NCBI GenBank assembly: GCA_028695135.1
Contig: JAQVJM010000001.1
Coordinates: 13,718-77,717, forward strand
Origin: Candidatus Moraniibacteriota bacterium
GTDB lineage: Bacteria; Patescibacteriota; Minisyncoccia; Moranbacterales; UBA9337
Reading direction: 5' to 3'
Length of the DNA stretch: 64,000 nucleotides
The notes beneath the pieces were generated by a model. It did no database searches and had not been told where the DNA came from. It saw only the letters and a list, made by a program, of their open reading frames with translations. Shown here piece by piece: positions 28,901-38,775 of this stretch. Positions within the stretch are counted from its first letter, which is position 1. Every line of letters starts with the position of its first letter. A program made the translations under genes and the position numbers.

Positions 28901-31484
28901 GACGACCGAAACTTCCATAGATATATCTTCTATCGGAATCAGTGAGGATGAATTGTGTCTGAGGGCATCTTTTTCCACTACTGATTCTACGATAACAGGC
29001 GAACTGGAGAGTTGGACCGTCGATTATGAGACAGAGAGAAGCCTTGCGAGCTTCGATTATTCCACCGTAAGCGAAGATGAGCCTGCAGGCAACAGCGCTC
29101 CGACAGACATCTCTCTTTCAATCGATGCGGTTGATGAAGGAGTGGATATCGGCACCGTTGTCGGAACCCTTTCCACCACTGACGCGGACGGGGGGGATAC
29201 GCATACCTATTCATTCGCTTGTGCTACTCCTGGGGCGGATGATGCCAGCTTCCAGATCTCAGGATCGGATCTTTTGACTGATGAAGTTTTTGATTATGAA
29301 ACTAAGACCAGTTATGCTATTTGCATAAGGGCAGATGATGGCAATGGAGGAATCTATGACAAAAATTTCACGATAAATATTACGGATGTGGATGAAAATG
29401 GCAACGATGACACTGACGACACCGACGGAGAAGACGAAGATGAAGATGAAGATGACGACGAATACATAAACCTAAAAAGTTCCAAAGGCGGAAAACTGAC
29501 TTTTGACGTAAAAATTCCGAAAGACACAAAGGTCAAATCGGATTCCATCAAAGAATCCAAGGATGAATCGACAGAAATAAGGAATGTCGGCATCAAGACC
29601 AAAAAAGACAAAAAAGTCAAAGGGGAGCTCACCATAAAAGATAAGAAGGAAAAACCGGAGGATGTCGTCTTTCCGGAAGAGGTGGACCAGTGCACCCCCT
29701 ATCAGATCTTGGACATAGACGCGGAATTTTCCGATAAGGACATCAAGAAAGCGGAACTGACTTTCCGCGTCCCCAAGGGCTGGCTCAAGAAATACGACAG
29801 GGAAACCATGACTTTCGTCATAGGCAAGAAAGCGGCCAACGAGAAGATGCTTGAAAAGAACAAATGGGCCATCGTCCTTTCAAGCAGCTTGGTAAAGACC
29901 AAGGATGGCTATGATATCTATGAGGTTGAATCAGAATCGCTAGACGGCTATTGGGGAGTCTATGGATGCGGAGGAGGAGCAGGAGAGGATCGAGAGAATA
30001 GCGATAATAATAACAATAATGATAACAACATTGATGACAAGTCGCAGAAGAAAAAAGATATCGATAGAGACGGGAATGATGAGATAGCTATCGATCAAAA
30101 CGGAGATATTTCGGACGGAAACACTGACGGATATGAAGAATTCAGCGATCCAGACGGCTCATCTGACGACATCTACAAAATAGATGGGGATCAGGACGGC
30201 CAAACCGATTTCCTCATAGATACCGATGGAGACGGAAGTGCGGATGCCTATTGGGATCCAGATGACGGGATAGCGACCGATACCGGCATCGAAGAGGTGG
30301 ATGGCAAGACCGTGATTGCGATAGATACTGACGGAGACGGAGAATTTGACAGCTACTATTATCCGATAAGAGATGAGATAAGGGAAATAATAGATGTCCA
30401 ATCGAGCGAGAAAGATGATATAATTTCTTCAAATACGGTTAGAACAAGCGATGATAAGATGAATGGAATTATTAAAAATGAAGAGACGATCAGCGCTGTC
30501 TCAATAATAGGTCTCATAACGGGAGCTGGTGCGGTTATGGCTTCAGCCGGAGGAGCGATTCCTCTGGTTCCTTTTGTGCCTAATAATTTAAACTCGTCTT
30601 TTTTTTACAGGATGCTCTCGGCTTTTAAAAGGAGAAGATTTTTCAGTATTTTTCAGCTTATTCCTTTCTCGACGGCAACCTCTAGAGAAAAAATTGCTTT
30701 TCCTTTTGATAGAAAAGGAGAAGATCCTGCGTGGGGAATTGTTTTTGATTCATATACGAAACTGCCTGTTCCCGACGCGCTTGTCCAGCTGGTCGATAAA
30801 GACAGAGGCAAGATGGTTGAGCAAGTGATAACTGACAAAGAGGGAAGATATGGATTCTTAATAAAAAAAGGAGGAGAATATGTCTTAAAGATAAAGAAAG
30901 GAGAATATGAGATTAAGTCTGATGCTGGAAAAGACAGTCTTTATGGAAAAATTTACAGCGATCCGATATCTTTGAAAGAAGGAGAGGTGGCTAAAATAAA
31001 TGTTGCCCTGGAAGCAAAAGGTTTCAATTGGGATGCTTTTTCTGAAAATATGCTTAAGAGATACCATTCCTTTTTCTTGAGGTCGTTCAGCTATTTTTTG
31101 GATACGGTTTACATTTTAGGATTTCTTTTTTCAATATATGCTGTCATGAACTATCCGAATCTCATAAATTATATAATTTTAATATTATATATCGGATTGC
31201 TTGCCTATAAGCTTGTAAAATACTATTCGGCTAAAAAATTCGGTACAATCATAGGCAAAGAAAGCGGGAGGCCTCTTCCTTTCGCTGTCATAGAATTATA
31301 TGACAAGATTACCAAGCAAAGACTGAATTTTACGGTTTCGGATCTCTTGGGAAGATACTACCTTTTGGCTGATAATGGCGAATATATCATCAGAATTAAA
31401 TACTCAAGTAATTCGGAAGATTTTGAGGGAGAAGATAAAATAATCATAAAAGACGGAATTTTTAAGAAGGACTTAGTTGTTTAG
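25914..31484 (+). CDS. Giant secreted surface protein 1 (1856 aa)
   Basis: Signal peptide; SBBP beta-propeller repeats; Ig-like (Big_5-like) domain; cadherin-like repeat; poly-Asp/Glu tract; Ca-binding DxDxDG-type repeats; C-terminal TM/carboxypeptidase-regulatory-like module shared with protein 2. All read from the translation. Repeats are TKYNSDGSYGWTRTFGG..., Ig-like region is SLSPADNAENV...LYVNIDSGAI, cadherin-like stretch is DIGTVVGTLSTTDADGGDTHTYSF, Ca-binding repeats are DTDGDGSADAYWDPDDG. The C-terminal module has a ~330-aa counterpart in the downstream gene. Confidence 0.75.
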   Translation: MRINIKIKLLLISFFFIASGDVKADFFDPSTIYSLPPAWGTGSLFTIDQDTWTETDEVPIYFADDPAEGVTGGLGLAVNPLTGEYYAIIKSADDLQEDPGYLVILDPTTGEAQRIGQFSTRINSLAFDSRGNLYGTAGLGDVATEGLFSIDISDASITKIMSLSESDSGRALAYNKDDGYLYYAYGVDIPDSWYDKFIDKIDISDPDNPALMSTLEAEPNVNERPISAMVYIGGGEFLAGDTWCYLYKIDVATGALTYLNETDECSKGLAVPWEVALSVSSLSPADNAENVSTGSDLEIVFGDNAYQGTGNIVVKKRGDDSVVETIDVSSSDVTGWGSATLSIDLQDNLPASTHLYVNIDSGAIKNADDDDFSGISDTTTWNFTTDNIIIETVPDGECYEVGSAEASQPADTVLEYSNDDQSSWTYAPVDQGDGGDCNVTDIRLTLDSQSDSVGEDLEAEFVGTVSDTEVISSGDGGVDLLENNHGAYAIVTEESWTYNVGYDIEIGSTGDIYTTGDFEGVTDFDPTDGEDIRTPYSGTDVFITKFNADGTYGWTRNFPGATGDLKHGMALDSSDNVYVGGGFQGTVDFDDAGGTDEHISVGSSDTFLTKYNSDGSYGWTITFGATQIGGVAVDDSDNIYITGEFSLTANFDGTGTGPDEHTSVGDEDIFITKYNSDGSYGWTRTFGGTNDDRGYGISIDSSGSVFATGFFLNTVDFDGTDGVDNHTSSGSLDTFITKYNPDGSYVWTRTFGPDIGYQIANDSYGNIFVVGSFFGSPDFDASELTEDIHTSEGYENGFITKYNNDGSYGWTRTFGEYDEDFGYGVATDDSGNVFITGSFFDTVNFDDTGGTDEHTSADDSDIFITKYDADGSYGWTRTFSGATGYDEGYDIATDGDNVFATGYFLGAVDFDDTGGEDIVTTPSNTITGGFIVKYANDGSYGTIYSKYSLSGTYETSIAPSSLLAWDSLEISQTTPAGTEIEYTILDNTCNSILVGPTTETSIDISSIGISEDELCLRASFSTTDSTITGELESWTVDYETERSLASFDYSTVSEDEPAGNSAPTDISLSIDAVDEGVDIGTVVGTLSTTDADGGDTHTYSFACATPGADDASFQISGSDLLTDEVFDYETKTSYAICIRADDGNGGIYDKNFTINITDVDENGNDDTDDTDGEDEDEDEDDDEYINLKSSKGGKLTFDVKIPKDTKVKSDSIKESKDESTEIRNVGIKTKKDKKVKGELTIKDKKEKPEDVVFPEEVDQCTPYQILDIDAEFSDKDIKKAELTFRVPKGWLKKYDRETMTFVIGKKAANEKMLEKNKWAIVLSSSLVKTKDGYDIYEVESESLDGYWGVYGCGGGAGEDRENSDNNNNNDNNIDDKSQKKKDIDRDGNDEIAIDQNGDISDGNTDGYEEFSDPDGSSDDIYKIDGDQDGQTDFLIDTDGDGSADAYWDPDDGIATDTGIEEVDGKTVIAIDTDGDGEFDSYYYPIRDEIREIIDVQSSEKDDIISSNTVRTSDDKMNGIIKNEETISAVSIIGLITGAGAVMASAGGAIPLVPFVPNNLNSSFFYRMLSAFKRRRFFSIFQLIPFSTATSREKIAFPFDRKGEDPAWGIVFDSYTKLPVPDALVQLVDKDRGKMVEQVITDKEGRYGFLIKKGGEYVLKIKKGEYEIKSDAGKDSLYGKIYSDPISLKEGEVAKINVALEAKGFNWDAFSENMLKRYHSFFLRSFSYFLDTVYILGFLFSIYAVMNYPNLINYIILILYIGLLAYKLVKYYSAKKFGTIIGKESGRPLPFAVIELYDKITKQRLNFTVSDLLGRYYLLADNGEYIIRIKYSSNSEDFEGEDKIIIKDGIFKKDLVV
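27414..28794 (+). repeat. Tandem coding repeats (~60 aa units) encoding SBBP beta-propeller blades within giant protein 1
   Basis: Recurring (F)ITKYNSDGSYGWTRTFGG...DxxGNxxxTG units, at least 8 copies. Confidence 0.6.
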
Positions 31485-31635
31485 TTTCACTTTTAATCTT
31501 TTGTGGCATGATTATTTTACATATAGAGGGAATGATTTTTTGATTTGCGCTTGATTTTATTTTACTAATTCTCTCTCTTTCTGTCTGGATATACATTCCT
31601 TTTAAAATATTTTTAATCCTAACGAATAATTTAAG

Positions 31636-34600
31636 ATGGCCGATTTTAGCGGTGAAAAAATAAATAGGAGAATCCATATCTTCTTTTTTTTGCTTTTTAC
31701 TCTATTTTTATTTGGTAATAGAGCTAATGCATCCCCAGAAGACGATTTCGTGACGACCTGGAAGACAGATAATCCAGGAACTTCAAACAACACTTCAATA
31801 ACTATTCGAACGTCAGGAGGCGGATACAACTACGATGTCGATTGGAACAATGATGGCGTGTTTGATGAATTCGGCATTACGGGAAATGTTACCCATGATT
31901 TTGGCGTTGCCGGGACATATACTATCAGAATAACCGGTGCATTTCCAATGATTCGCTTTGGGGGACTTGGGGATTCAAAAAAAATCTTATCTGTCGATCA
32001 ATGGGGCACGAACCCTTGGGTCTCTATGTCGAATGCTTTTTACGGCTGCAGCAACTTGGAAATAAATGCTATCGACACGCCGGATTTGTCAGGAGTTACC
32101 AATATGGAATATATGTTCAGAGGCGCTTCATCTCTCGATCAAGATATTGGCTCTTGGGATGTTTCGACTATCGAAAATATGTACGGGATGTTCTATGAGG
32201 CCACGTCTTTCAATCAGGATATTGGCTCGTGGGATACCTCAAGTGTTACTGATATGACATGGATGTTTTACGGAGCCACATCTTTCAATCAGGATATCAG
32301 CTCTTGGAATGTATCTAACGTTGTCACGATGTATGAAATGTTCAAAAACGCTATTTCCTTCAATCAGGATATCGGATCGTGGAATGTTTCCACTGTTTCA
32401 AATATGTTTGGCATGTTTCAAAGCGCCACTTCTTTTGACGGTGATATAAGTGCATGGAATACTTCTAGCGTCACAGACATGAGAAGCATATTTAGATTTG
32501 CCACTTCTTTCAACCAGAATATCGGGTTGTGGGACGTTTCGAATATAACATCTACCACAGATATGTTCGGGGGCGCCACTTCCTTTAATCAGGATATTGG
32601 CTCATGGAACTTATCTAACGTCACTGACATGAGAAGAACGTTTGCGGGAGCCTCATCTTTCAACAAAGATATCGGACTCTGGAATGTTTCCAATGTTTTA
32701 TATATGGAAGGTATGTTCGGGGGTGCCACTTCCTTTAATCAGGATATCGGGTCGTGGGATGTTTCCAGTGTCACCGAGATGATCGGAATGTTCAGTTTTG
32801 CTACATCCTTCGATCAAAATATAGGCTTATGGGATACGTCCAGTGTTACCAATATGAACAATATGTTTTATGGCGCTTCATCTTTTAATCAAGACATAGG
32901 AGCTTGGAACGTTTCCAATGTTACCGATATGTATAGAATGTTTTTTGAGGCAGCATCTTTTAATGGAGATATAAGTTCTTGGAATACATCAAGTGTTGTC
33001 AGTATGCGAGATATGTTCAAAAACGCTATTTCCTTCAATCAGGATATCGGATCGTGGAATGTTTCCAATGTATTGTATATGGATGACATATTTGACGGAG
33101 TCTCTTTGTCTGTCGAAAATTACGATGGTATTCTTATTGGATGGAGCTCTTTGCTTTTGCAGAATAATGTAGTCTTTGACGCAGGAGACAGCCAATATTG
33201 TGACGGAGCCGATAATCGGGCTTATATTATTACCACATATAATTGGACAATTTTGGATGACGGACAATATTGTGGTCCGGCAGAATGTGGGGGGGCGGCA
33301 AAAAATTATAAATTCGACGAAACTGACTTCGAGGGAACTTTCTGTTCGGTTGGAACGGAGGATATAGTACCGTCTTTCCCGTCCTATGGAGGAATCATAA
33401 GTTGGACATGCAACTATTATACTGCCAGCATTAGTTGTAGTGCCAGCAGAGATGCGGTCTGTGGTGCGGCTGCTCAAAAATATGATTATAGGGACACTGA
33501 TTTCAACGGATCATTCTGCGCGACCGGGTCTGTTTTGGAGATCCCAACGTTTCCCGAACTGGGTCAGACGGCATTTTGGAGCTGCATATTTGATTCAGGG
33601 GAAGAAATGTGTAGTGCCAACAGACTGGGGTTTTCCAATTTTTACTCCATAGATGATGAATATCTAAGAATGATCGACGAAGATGATTTTGCGGGATTAA
33701 CCTCGGACGAGATTGCTGTTGATACTGCGGAGAATATTTTTTCTGCTCACGGAGCGACGGTTGATCCGACCAATAACGATGTTTATGCCGTTCTTTGGCT
33801 TTCATCTAACGGGCGCAGTTTAGTTAAAATAGACATGGATAATTATGAGGCTGAATTTATTGGAACAATGAGTGATAATTTTTCAAACATCGCTTTTAGC
33901 GATAGCGGAACACTTTATGGCATAACCGGAGACGGCGCAAATATACCATCTTCTCTTTTTGAGATAAATAAAACAGATGCGTCAGTAGTGCTTCTGGCAA
34001 CGTATGAAAGAAATTGGGACGGAGAGGCCATAGCTTTTAATTTTGATGATAGGCGGATGTACAGGGCTAGCGGTAATGATATTTATGCCATTGATCTTTC
34101 TGATGCCGAAAACCTTATAGATATCTCCGTCAATAACGGGGAATTACCATGGTCATCTAATGGTCTGCTGCACAGAGGAAGAGATGACTTTTATGTCGGA
34201 GGAAGTTGGGGTGAAGTATATTCTTTTAATTCATCTACAGAAACAGTTGAATATCTGGGAGACATTAATGATTCAAAGAGTATGTTTTTTTGGCCGCTCG
34301 ATATTCGCATCAGCATAGAATCTCTGTCGCCGCATAACAGAGCGACAGATGTCGCTGTCGATACCGATCTTCGAATAGTTTTTGATAAAGAAGTTTATAA
34401 AGGCGCCGGGAGTATATCGGTTAAAAAATCAAATGGCGGCACAATCGTTGAAAACATTGACATAAACAGAGAAAACATAACCGGTTGGGGAAGTGATACT
34501 CTCCATATAAATTTAGTCAATAGTTTAGAATATGAAACATCTTATTACGTAGACATAGACAGTACGGCTATAATGGATGTGCATGGTAATCCCTTTGCTG

Positions 34601-36159
34601 GAATTTTTGGCAATTCAATCTGGTCTTTTACTACCTCACAGTATTTTGAAGATTCTGTGGAAGATGATGTGGAGAAGGAAGGTGGACCACTTTTCATTAA
34701 AATAGAAAAAATAAAGGATATAATTTCTAACTCCTTATCTATCTTAGTCAAGGTAGAAAATTATGACAAGAGAAATCTTAATTTCAAAGTGAGGATAAAA
34801 AACGTGGAAACAGGCGATACGGAAACCGTAAAAATTACGAAGAAAGTCAACAATGACGGAGAAACGACTTTAAAAATAGAAAATCTTCTTCCGGGAACGG
34901 AATATTCCTTCAGGGCGAAGGTTTCTGAGGAAGGCAAAGATGATTATTCGGATTATTCAAACAGCAGAAGAGCCACGACAGATGAAGAAAAATCGTCGAG
35001 AACATTATTTCTCGATTTAACTGATAGCTTTTCGGATTTTGCAGATAATGGTCCTGAAATTGGAGAAGAAATCTCATCTAATCCTATGATAACGCCGACA
35101 TTTCCTGGATCTTCTCCCCAAAGCGCTTTATCTAGAGAGGACAATTCCGATGTAATTTTTCATAAGAATGCCATGAGAGATTTTGTAGATGAAAATCCGG
35201 CTTTAGCAGGCGCCACAGTCGCTACGGGCTTGATAGCCGGAGCATCGGCGGCCGGAGCGGCTAGCGCAGCGTCTCTTCCCTTTTTCCCTCTTTTCCCCAA
35301 TACTTTGAGCAGAAGACTTTCTGACTTGTTTAAAATTCTTCCGATATTGGCTTCTTCCAAAAAAAGATTCGCTTTGCCCCTGAGGAGGAAAAAGAAGGAG
35401 AGATATTGGGGAGTTGTTTTTGATTCATTCACTAAACATCCCATAAAAAACGTAGGTGTTTTTCTTTTGGACAGAGAAAGGGAAAGGATTGTCGATCAGA
35501 CTGTTACTGACGATCAAGGTAGATATGGATTTCTCATATCCAAAGATGGTGAATATGAATTGATGATAAAGAAGAGCGGTTATAAAATTGAAATGAAGAA
35601 AAAAAAAGACAGACTCTACGGAAATCTTTATACCGGACCCCAATTTTTTGAAAGTAAGAATATCATAAAATTGAACATTTCTTTGAATTGCGAGGGCTTT
35701 GATTGGTCAAGATTTGCTGTCAAGGTGATCAATCAATATAATTCTTTTTCGGCAAAATTAGTCAAATATACATTGGATGTTTTTTTCGTGACTGGTTTTT
35801 CTTTCTCCACATACGCCGCCTTTATTTATCCAAGTACTATAAATATCATCATCTTGGCAGCCTATATCTTTTTTCTTGTTTATAGGATTATAAAGCGCAA
35901 TAAGAATCAGTTCGGGACTGTAACGAGCAAGGATACCGGCAAACCGCTCCCTTTCACCGTACTGGAAGTTTATGATCCTATGGCAAACCAGAGGATTGCC
36001 TTTACTGTCTCTGATATTCTGGGAAGATATTATTTGCTGATAAATAATGGAAGTTATATCCTTAAGGTGAAAGCGGTCAATACGGAAGGAGAAACTTTTG
36101 AGGGGCAGGATAAAATAAGCGTAGAAAACGGAGTATTGAAAGAAAGCATCTCAATTTGA
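31636..36159 (+). CDS. Giant secreted surface protein 2 (1507 aa)
   Basis: Signal peptide; ~13 DUF285-type 26-aa repeats; Cys-rich region; beta-propeller-like region; Ig-like (Big_5-like) domain; FN3-like domain; C-terminal TM/carboxypeptidase-regulatory-like module shared with protein 1. DUF285 repeat unit is [25 protein letters not shown]; Ig-like region [12 protein letters not shown]...[10 protein letters not shown] is homologous to protein 1; the C-terminal module aligns along its length with the protein 1 C-terminus. Confidence 0.75.
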   Translation: MADFSGEKINRRIHIFFFLLFTLFLFGNRANASPEDDFVTTWKTDNPGTSNNTSITIRTSGGGYNYDVDWNNDGVFDEFGITGNVTHDFGVAGTYTIRITGAFPMIRFGGLGDSKKILSVDQWGTNPWVSMSNAFYGCSNLEINAIDTPDLSGVTNMEYMFRGASSLDQDIGSWDVSTIENMYGMFYEATSFNQDIGSWDTSSVTDMTWMFYGATSFNQDISSWNVSNVVTMYEMFKNAISFNQDIGSWNVSTVSNMFGMFQSATSFDGDISAWNTSSVTDMRSIFRFATSFNQNIGLWDVSNITSTTDMFGGATSFNQDIGSWNLSNVTDMRRTFAGASSFNKDIGLWNVSNVLYMEGMFGGATSFNQDIGSWDVSSVTEMIGMFSFATSFDQNIGLWDTSSVTNMNNMFYGASSFNQDIGAWNVSNVTDMYRMFFEAASFNGDISSWNTSSVVSMRDMFKNAISFNQDIGSWNVSNVLYMDDIFDGVSLSVENYDGILIGWSSLLLQNNVVFDAGDSQYCDGADNRAYIITTYNWTILDDGQYCGPAECGGAAKNYKFDETDFEGTFCSVGTEDIVPSFPSYGGIISWTCNYYTASISCSASRDAVCGAAAQKYDYRDTDFNGSFCATGSVLEIPTFPELGQTAFWSCIFDSGEEMCSANRLGFSNFYSIDDEYLRMIDEDDFAGLTSDEIAVDTAENIFSAHGATVDPTNNDVYAVLWLSSNGRSLVKIDMDNYEAEFIGTMSDNFSNIAFSDSGTLYGITGDGANIPSSLFEINKTDASVVLLATYERNWDGEAIAFNFDDRRMYRASGNDIYAIDLSDAENLIDISVNNGELPWSSNGLLHRGRDDFYVGGSWGEVYSFNSSTETVEYLGDINDSKSMFFWPLDIRISIESLSPHNRATDVAVDTDLRIVFDKEVYKGAGSISVKKSNGGTIVENIDINRENITGWGSDTLHINLVNSLEYETSYYVDIDSTAIMDVHGNPFAGIFGNSIWSFTTSQYFEDSVEDDVEKEGGPLFIKIEKIKDIISNSLSILVKVENYDKRNLNFKVRIKNVETGDTETVKITKKVNNDGETTLKIENLLPGTEYSFRAKVSEEGKDDYSDYSNSRRATTDEEKSSRTLFLDLTDSFSDFADNGPEIGEEISSNPMITPTFPGSSPQSALSREDNSDVIFHKNAMRDFVDENPALAGATVATGLIAGASAAGAASAASLPFFPLFPNTLSRRLSDLFKILPILASSKKRFALPLRRKKKERYWGVVFDSFTKHPIKNVGVFLLDRERERIVDQTVTDDQGRYGFLISKDGEYELMIKKSGYKIEMKKKKDRLYGNLYTGPQFFESKNIIKLNISLNCEGFDWSRFAVKVINQYNSFSAKLVKYTLDVFFVTGFSFSTYAAFIYPSTINIIILAAYIFFLVYRIIKRNKNQFGTVTSKDTGKPLPFTVLEVYDPMANQRIAFTVSDILGRYYLLINNGSYILKVKAVNTEGETFEGQDKISVENGVLKESISI
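32086..33091 (+). repeat. ~13 tandem 78-bp coding repeats (DUF285-like [20 protein letters not shown] units)
   Basis: Near-identical 78-bp units (e.g. tcctttaatcaggatat(t/c)gg(c/g)tc(a/g)tgg(a/g)a...) visible directly in the nucleotide sequence. Confidence 0.8.
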
Positions 36160-36238
36160 AAGCGTCTTGATGAAATTAGGATGGCGGATTAATTTTTCGC
36201 CTTTTTAAATTATTCTTTTTTATGTTAAAATTCAAGGT

Positions 36239-36943
36239 ATGGACGAGAAAAATTCAAAATTAAATAAAACCCACACTCTTATCGTTTCTGATTTTCATAT
36301 GGGGAGCCGGGTGAGCCGGAGCCGAGATTTTCATGAGATGATCAAAAATTTCAATTTTAAAAAGCTTATTCTTTTGGGAGATATCTTTGAAAGTCTTAAT
36401 TTTCAAAAATTGAAAGAATCGGACTGGGAACTTATTTCGGATATAAGCAATCTGGCTAAAGAAAAGAAAGTTATCTGGGTAGAAGGAAATCATGACAGAA
36501 AATTGACAAGTTTTTTTTCCAGCCTTACCGATATAAAGGTCTGTAAGATTTATAAGTGGAAATATAACAATAAGAAATATGTGGCGATCCACGGTCATCA
36601 ATTTGATAATTTTCTTGTAAACAATGCGGTTCTGAGCGTTGTGGCCAACCAGATATATAATTTTATCCAGCTTATGGATTTTAAGGATCGAAAGGTTAGC
36701 CGTCTTATAAAAAGAAAGAGCAAAGGCTGGCTCAGGCTTTCGAAGAAAGTTGCCGAAAGGGCGATAATGTACGCAAAATTTACACAGGCGGATTATATTT
36801 TTTGCGGACATACCCATAAGGCGATGAAGAAAGAAAAAGGGGGAATCAAATACTATAATTGCGGATGTTGGACAGATATTCCTTGCACTTATGTTATTCT
36901 TGATAAGGATAATATAGAAATAAAAGAATATAGCTCCGGTTAA
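36239..36943 (+). CDS. Calcineurin-like metallophosphoesterase
   Basis: LIVSDFHMGS, LLGDIFE, EGNHDR, IHGHQFD, CGHTHK metal-binding motif series. Confidence 0.7.
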   Translation: MDEKNSKLNKTHTLIVSDFHMGSRVSRSRDFHEMIKNFNFKKLILLGDIFESLNFQKLKESDWELISDISNLAKEKKVIWVEGNHDRKLTSFFSSLTDIKVCKIYKWKYNNKKYVAIHGHQFDNFLVNNAVLSVVANQIYNFIQLMDFKDRKVSRLIKRKSKGWLRLSKKVAERAIMYAKFTQADYIFCGHTHKAMKKEKGGIKYYNCGCWTDIPCTYVILDKDNIEIKEYSSG

Positions 36944-36945
36944 CT

Positions 36946-37581
36946 TTGAAACTTATGAAAAAATGCATCCCGGCAATTATAATAATCATGGTATTTTTGC
37001 TTTCTTCTTTTGTTTCTCAGGAATATTCCGATTTTCTGGGAAATTTTATTCTTGGTCACAAAATATTGGGAATTGTTGCCTATATAATAGCAGTTATACT
37101 GGCTATAGTCGTTGCCCCTCTTACAAGCATCCCTTTTATTCCTTTGGTGGTAGGCTATTACGGAGTCTTTTGGACGGTAGTGCTTAGCGTGATAAGTTGG
37201 ACAATAGGTTCTTTGGCGGCTTTCTGGATAGCCAGAAGATTCGGTGTTCCGGTAGTTGAAAAACTGGTTCCGATAAATGAGAAAAGAAAAATTTTTTATA
37301 AAAACATTCCAGAAAAAAGGTTGTTCTGGTATCTCATATTTCTCAGGATAATAATCCCGGTCGATATTCTCAGCTATATGCTCGGACTTTTTACAAATAT
37401 AAGTTGGAAAATTTTTGCCGTAACCACTTTTTTGGGAGTAATTCCCGCTATTGCTTTCTTATCTTTATTTGGCAATGTTCCCGTCGAATATCAATTCATT
37501 TTATTTTTAGCCGGTTCGGTCTTATTTATTTTGTTCTTATTTGCAAGAAGATTGTTGAAAAATAGAAAAAAATATGATTAA
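36946..37581 (+). CDS. DedA/TVP38 (SNARE-associated)-like membrane protein
   Basis: 211 aa, multi-TM, ...GVPVVEKLVP...FLRIIIPVDILSYMLGLF resembles the DedA family. Confidence 0.45.
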   Translation: MKLMKKCIPAIIIIMVFLLSSFVSQEYSDFLGNFILGHKILGIVAYIIAVILAIVVAPLTSIPFIPLVVGYYGVFWTVVLSVISWTIGSLAAFWIARRFGVPVVEKLVPINEKRKIFYKNIPEKRLFWYLIFLRIIIPVDILSYMLGLFTNISWKIFAVTTFLGVIPAIAFLSLFGNVPVEYQFILFLAGSVLFILFLFARRLLKNRKKYD

Positions 37582-37966
37582 AAAGATAAAAAAAACCGAA
37601 AAAGAATGGAAAAAAATCCTGACTTCCGAACAATATCGCATAATGCGCGAAAAAGGGACAGAGCCGGCTTTTTCTTGTGCTTGGAAAAAAATCGGTTCCG
37701 GTTCCTATTATTGTGCAGCTTGCGGTCTGCCCCTTTTTGAGTCGGAAAAAAAGTTTGAATCAGACACTGGTTGGCCGAGTTATTTCGAACCGATAAATCC
37801 GGGGCATATTGAAGAGCGCCAGGATAATTCTTTCGGAATAACTCGCACGGAAGTTATCTGCGCCAGATGCGATTCCCATTTGGGGCATGTCTTTAATGAT
37901 GGGCCTCCACCGACAGGAAAAAGGTATTGCATAAATTCCGTGGCTTTGAAATTTAGAAAGAAGTAA
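37574..37966 (+). CDS. msrB: Peptide-methionine (R)-S-oxide reductase MsrB
   Basis: YYCAACGLPLFES...GWPSYF...CARCDSHLGHVFNDGP...RYCINS; two CxxC zinc motifs and the catalytic site. Confidence 0.9.
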   Translation: MIKKIKKTEKEWKKILTSEQYRIMREKGTEPAFSCAWKKIGSGSYYCAACGLPLFESEKKFESDTGWPSYFEPINPGHIEERQDNSFGITRTEVICARCDSHLGHVFNDGPPPTGKRYCINSVALKFRKK

Positions 37967-38073
37967 GCCGGCGGGAAAGTAGAGCTGTGATGCTAGTGGC
38001 AGAAAGCCGTTAACTCTATCTGTAAAAGAGTAAAATTTCAAAATATATTTTCTTAAATGCTAATTTTAAATGT

Positions 38074-38625
38074 ATGGGAAAGGAAATAAAGGAAGCTTAT
38101 TTTGGCGGAGGGTGCTTTTGGTGTACAGAAGCGCTGTTTTTCAGGCTCAAGGGAGTGATAGATGTTATTTCCGGATATGCCGGAGGAACAATCGAAAGTC
38201 CTACCTATGAAAAAGTTTGTACGGGGAAAACAGGCCACGCCGAAGTTGTCAAGATAAAATATGATCCTGATATCATAGGTTATGAAACTTTGGTCAGCAT
38301 ATTTTTCTCAACCCATGACCCGACCACTCTTGACAGGCAGGGCAATGATACTGGAACCCAATATCGTTCGATAATTTTATATGGAAACGATGAGGAAAAG
38401 GAAATAGCGCAAAAAGTAATAGATGATTTAGAAAGTGAAGGAGTTTATGGCGATCCGATTGTTACCGAAATTGTACCCTTTGATAAATTTTATCCGGCTG
38501 AAGATTATCATCAGAAATATTATGAAAATAATCCTGAGCAGGCCTACTGTCAGGCGATAATCGCTCCAAAGCTAATAAAATTCAGGGAAAAATTTAAGAA
38601 ATATTATAAGGAAAGTAATAAGTAG
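38074..38625 (+). CDS. msrA: Peptide-methionine (S)-S-oxide reductase MsrA
   Basis: FGGGCFWCTEALF...GYAGG...PTYEKVCTGKTGHAEVVKIKYDP... canonical MsrA. Confidence 0.92.
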   Translation: MGKEIKEAYFGGGCFWCTEALFFRLKGVIDVISGYAGGTIESPTYEKVCTGKTGHAEVVKIKYDPDIIGYETLVSIFFSTHDPTTLDRQGNDTGTQYRSIILYGNDEEKEIAQKVIDDLESEGVYGDPIVTEIVPFDKFYPAEDYHQKYYENNPEQAYCQAIIAPKLIKFREKFKKYYKESNK

Positions 38626-38775
38626 ATAAAATGGTAGGATATTTTTTTAATTCAAATAAGACTGAAAAATATACCATTTAGATGCGCATCTTCCGATATC
38701 AATAGATATCGTCGATACATCGCCTGTCTAACCGTTCTGTCACACCACTCACAAGGCATTATTGCTTTTCTGCCA

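Noticed and set aside
29390-30060. Poly-Asp/Glu and poly-Asn tracts in giant protein 1 as separate low-complexity genes or an intein
   Set aside because: They are in-frame within the continuous 1856-aa ORF. They are acidic linker / Ca-binding regions with no splicing motifs.
36963-37187. Alternative-frame ORF inside the DedA-like gene
   Set aside because: It is the same strand in a different frame and is fully contained in the longer membrane-protein ORF.
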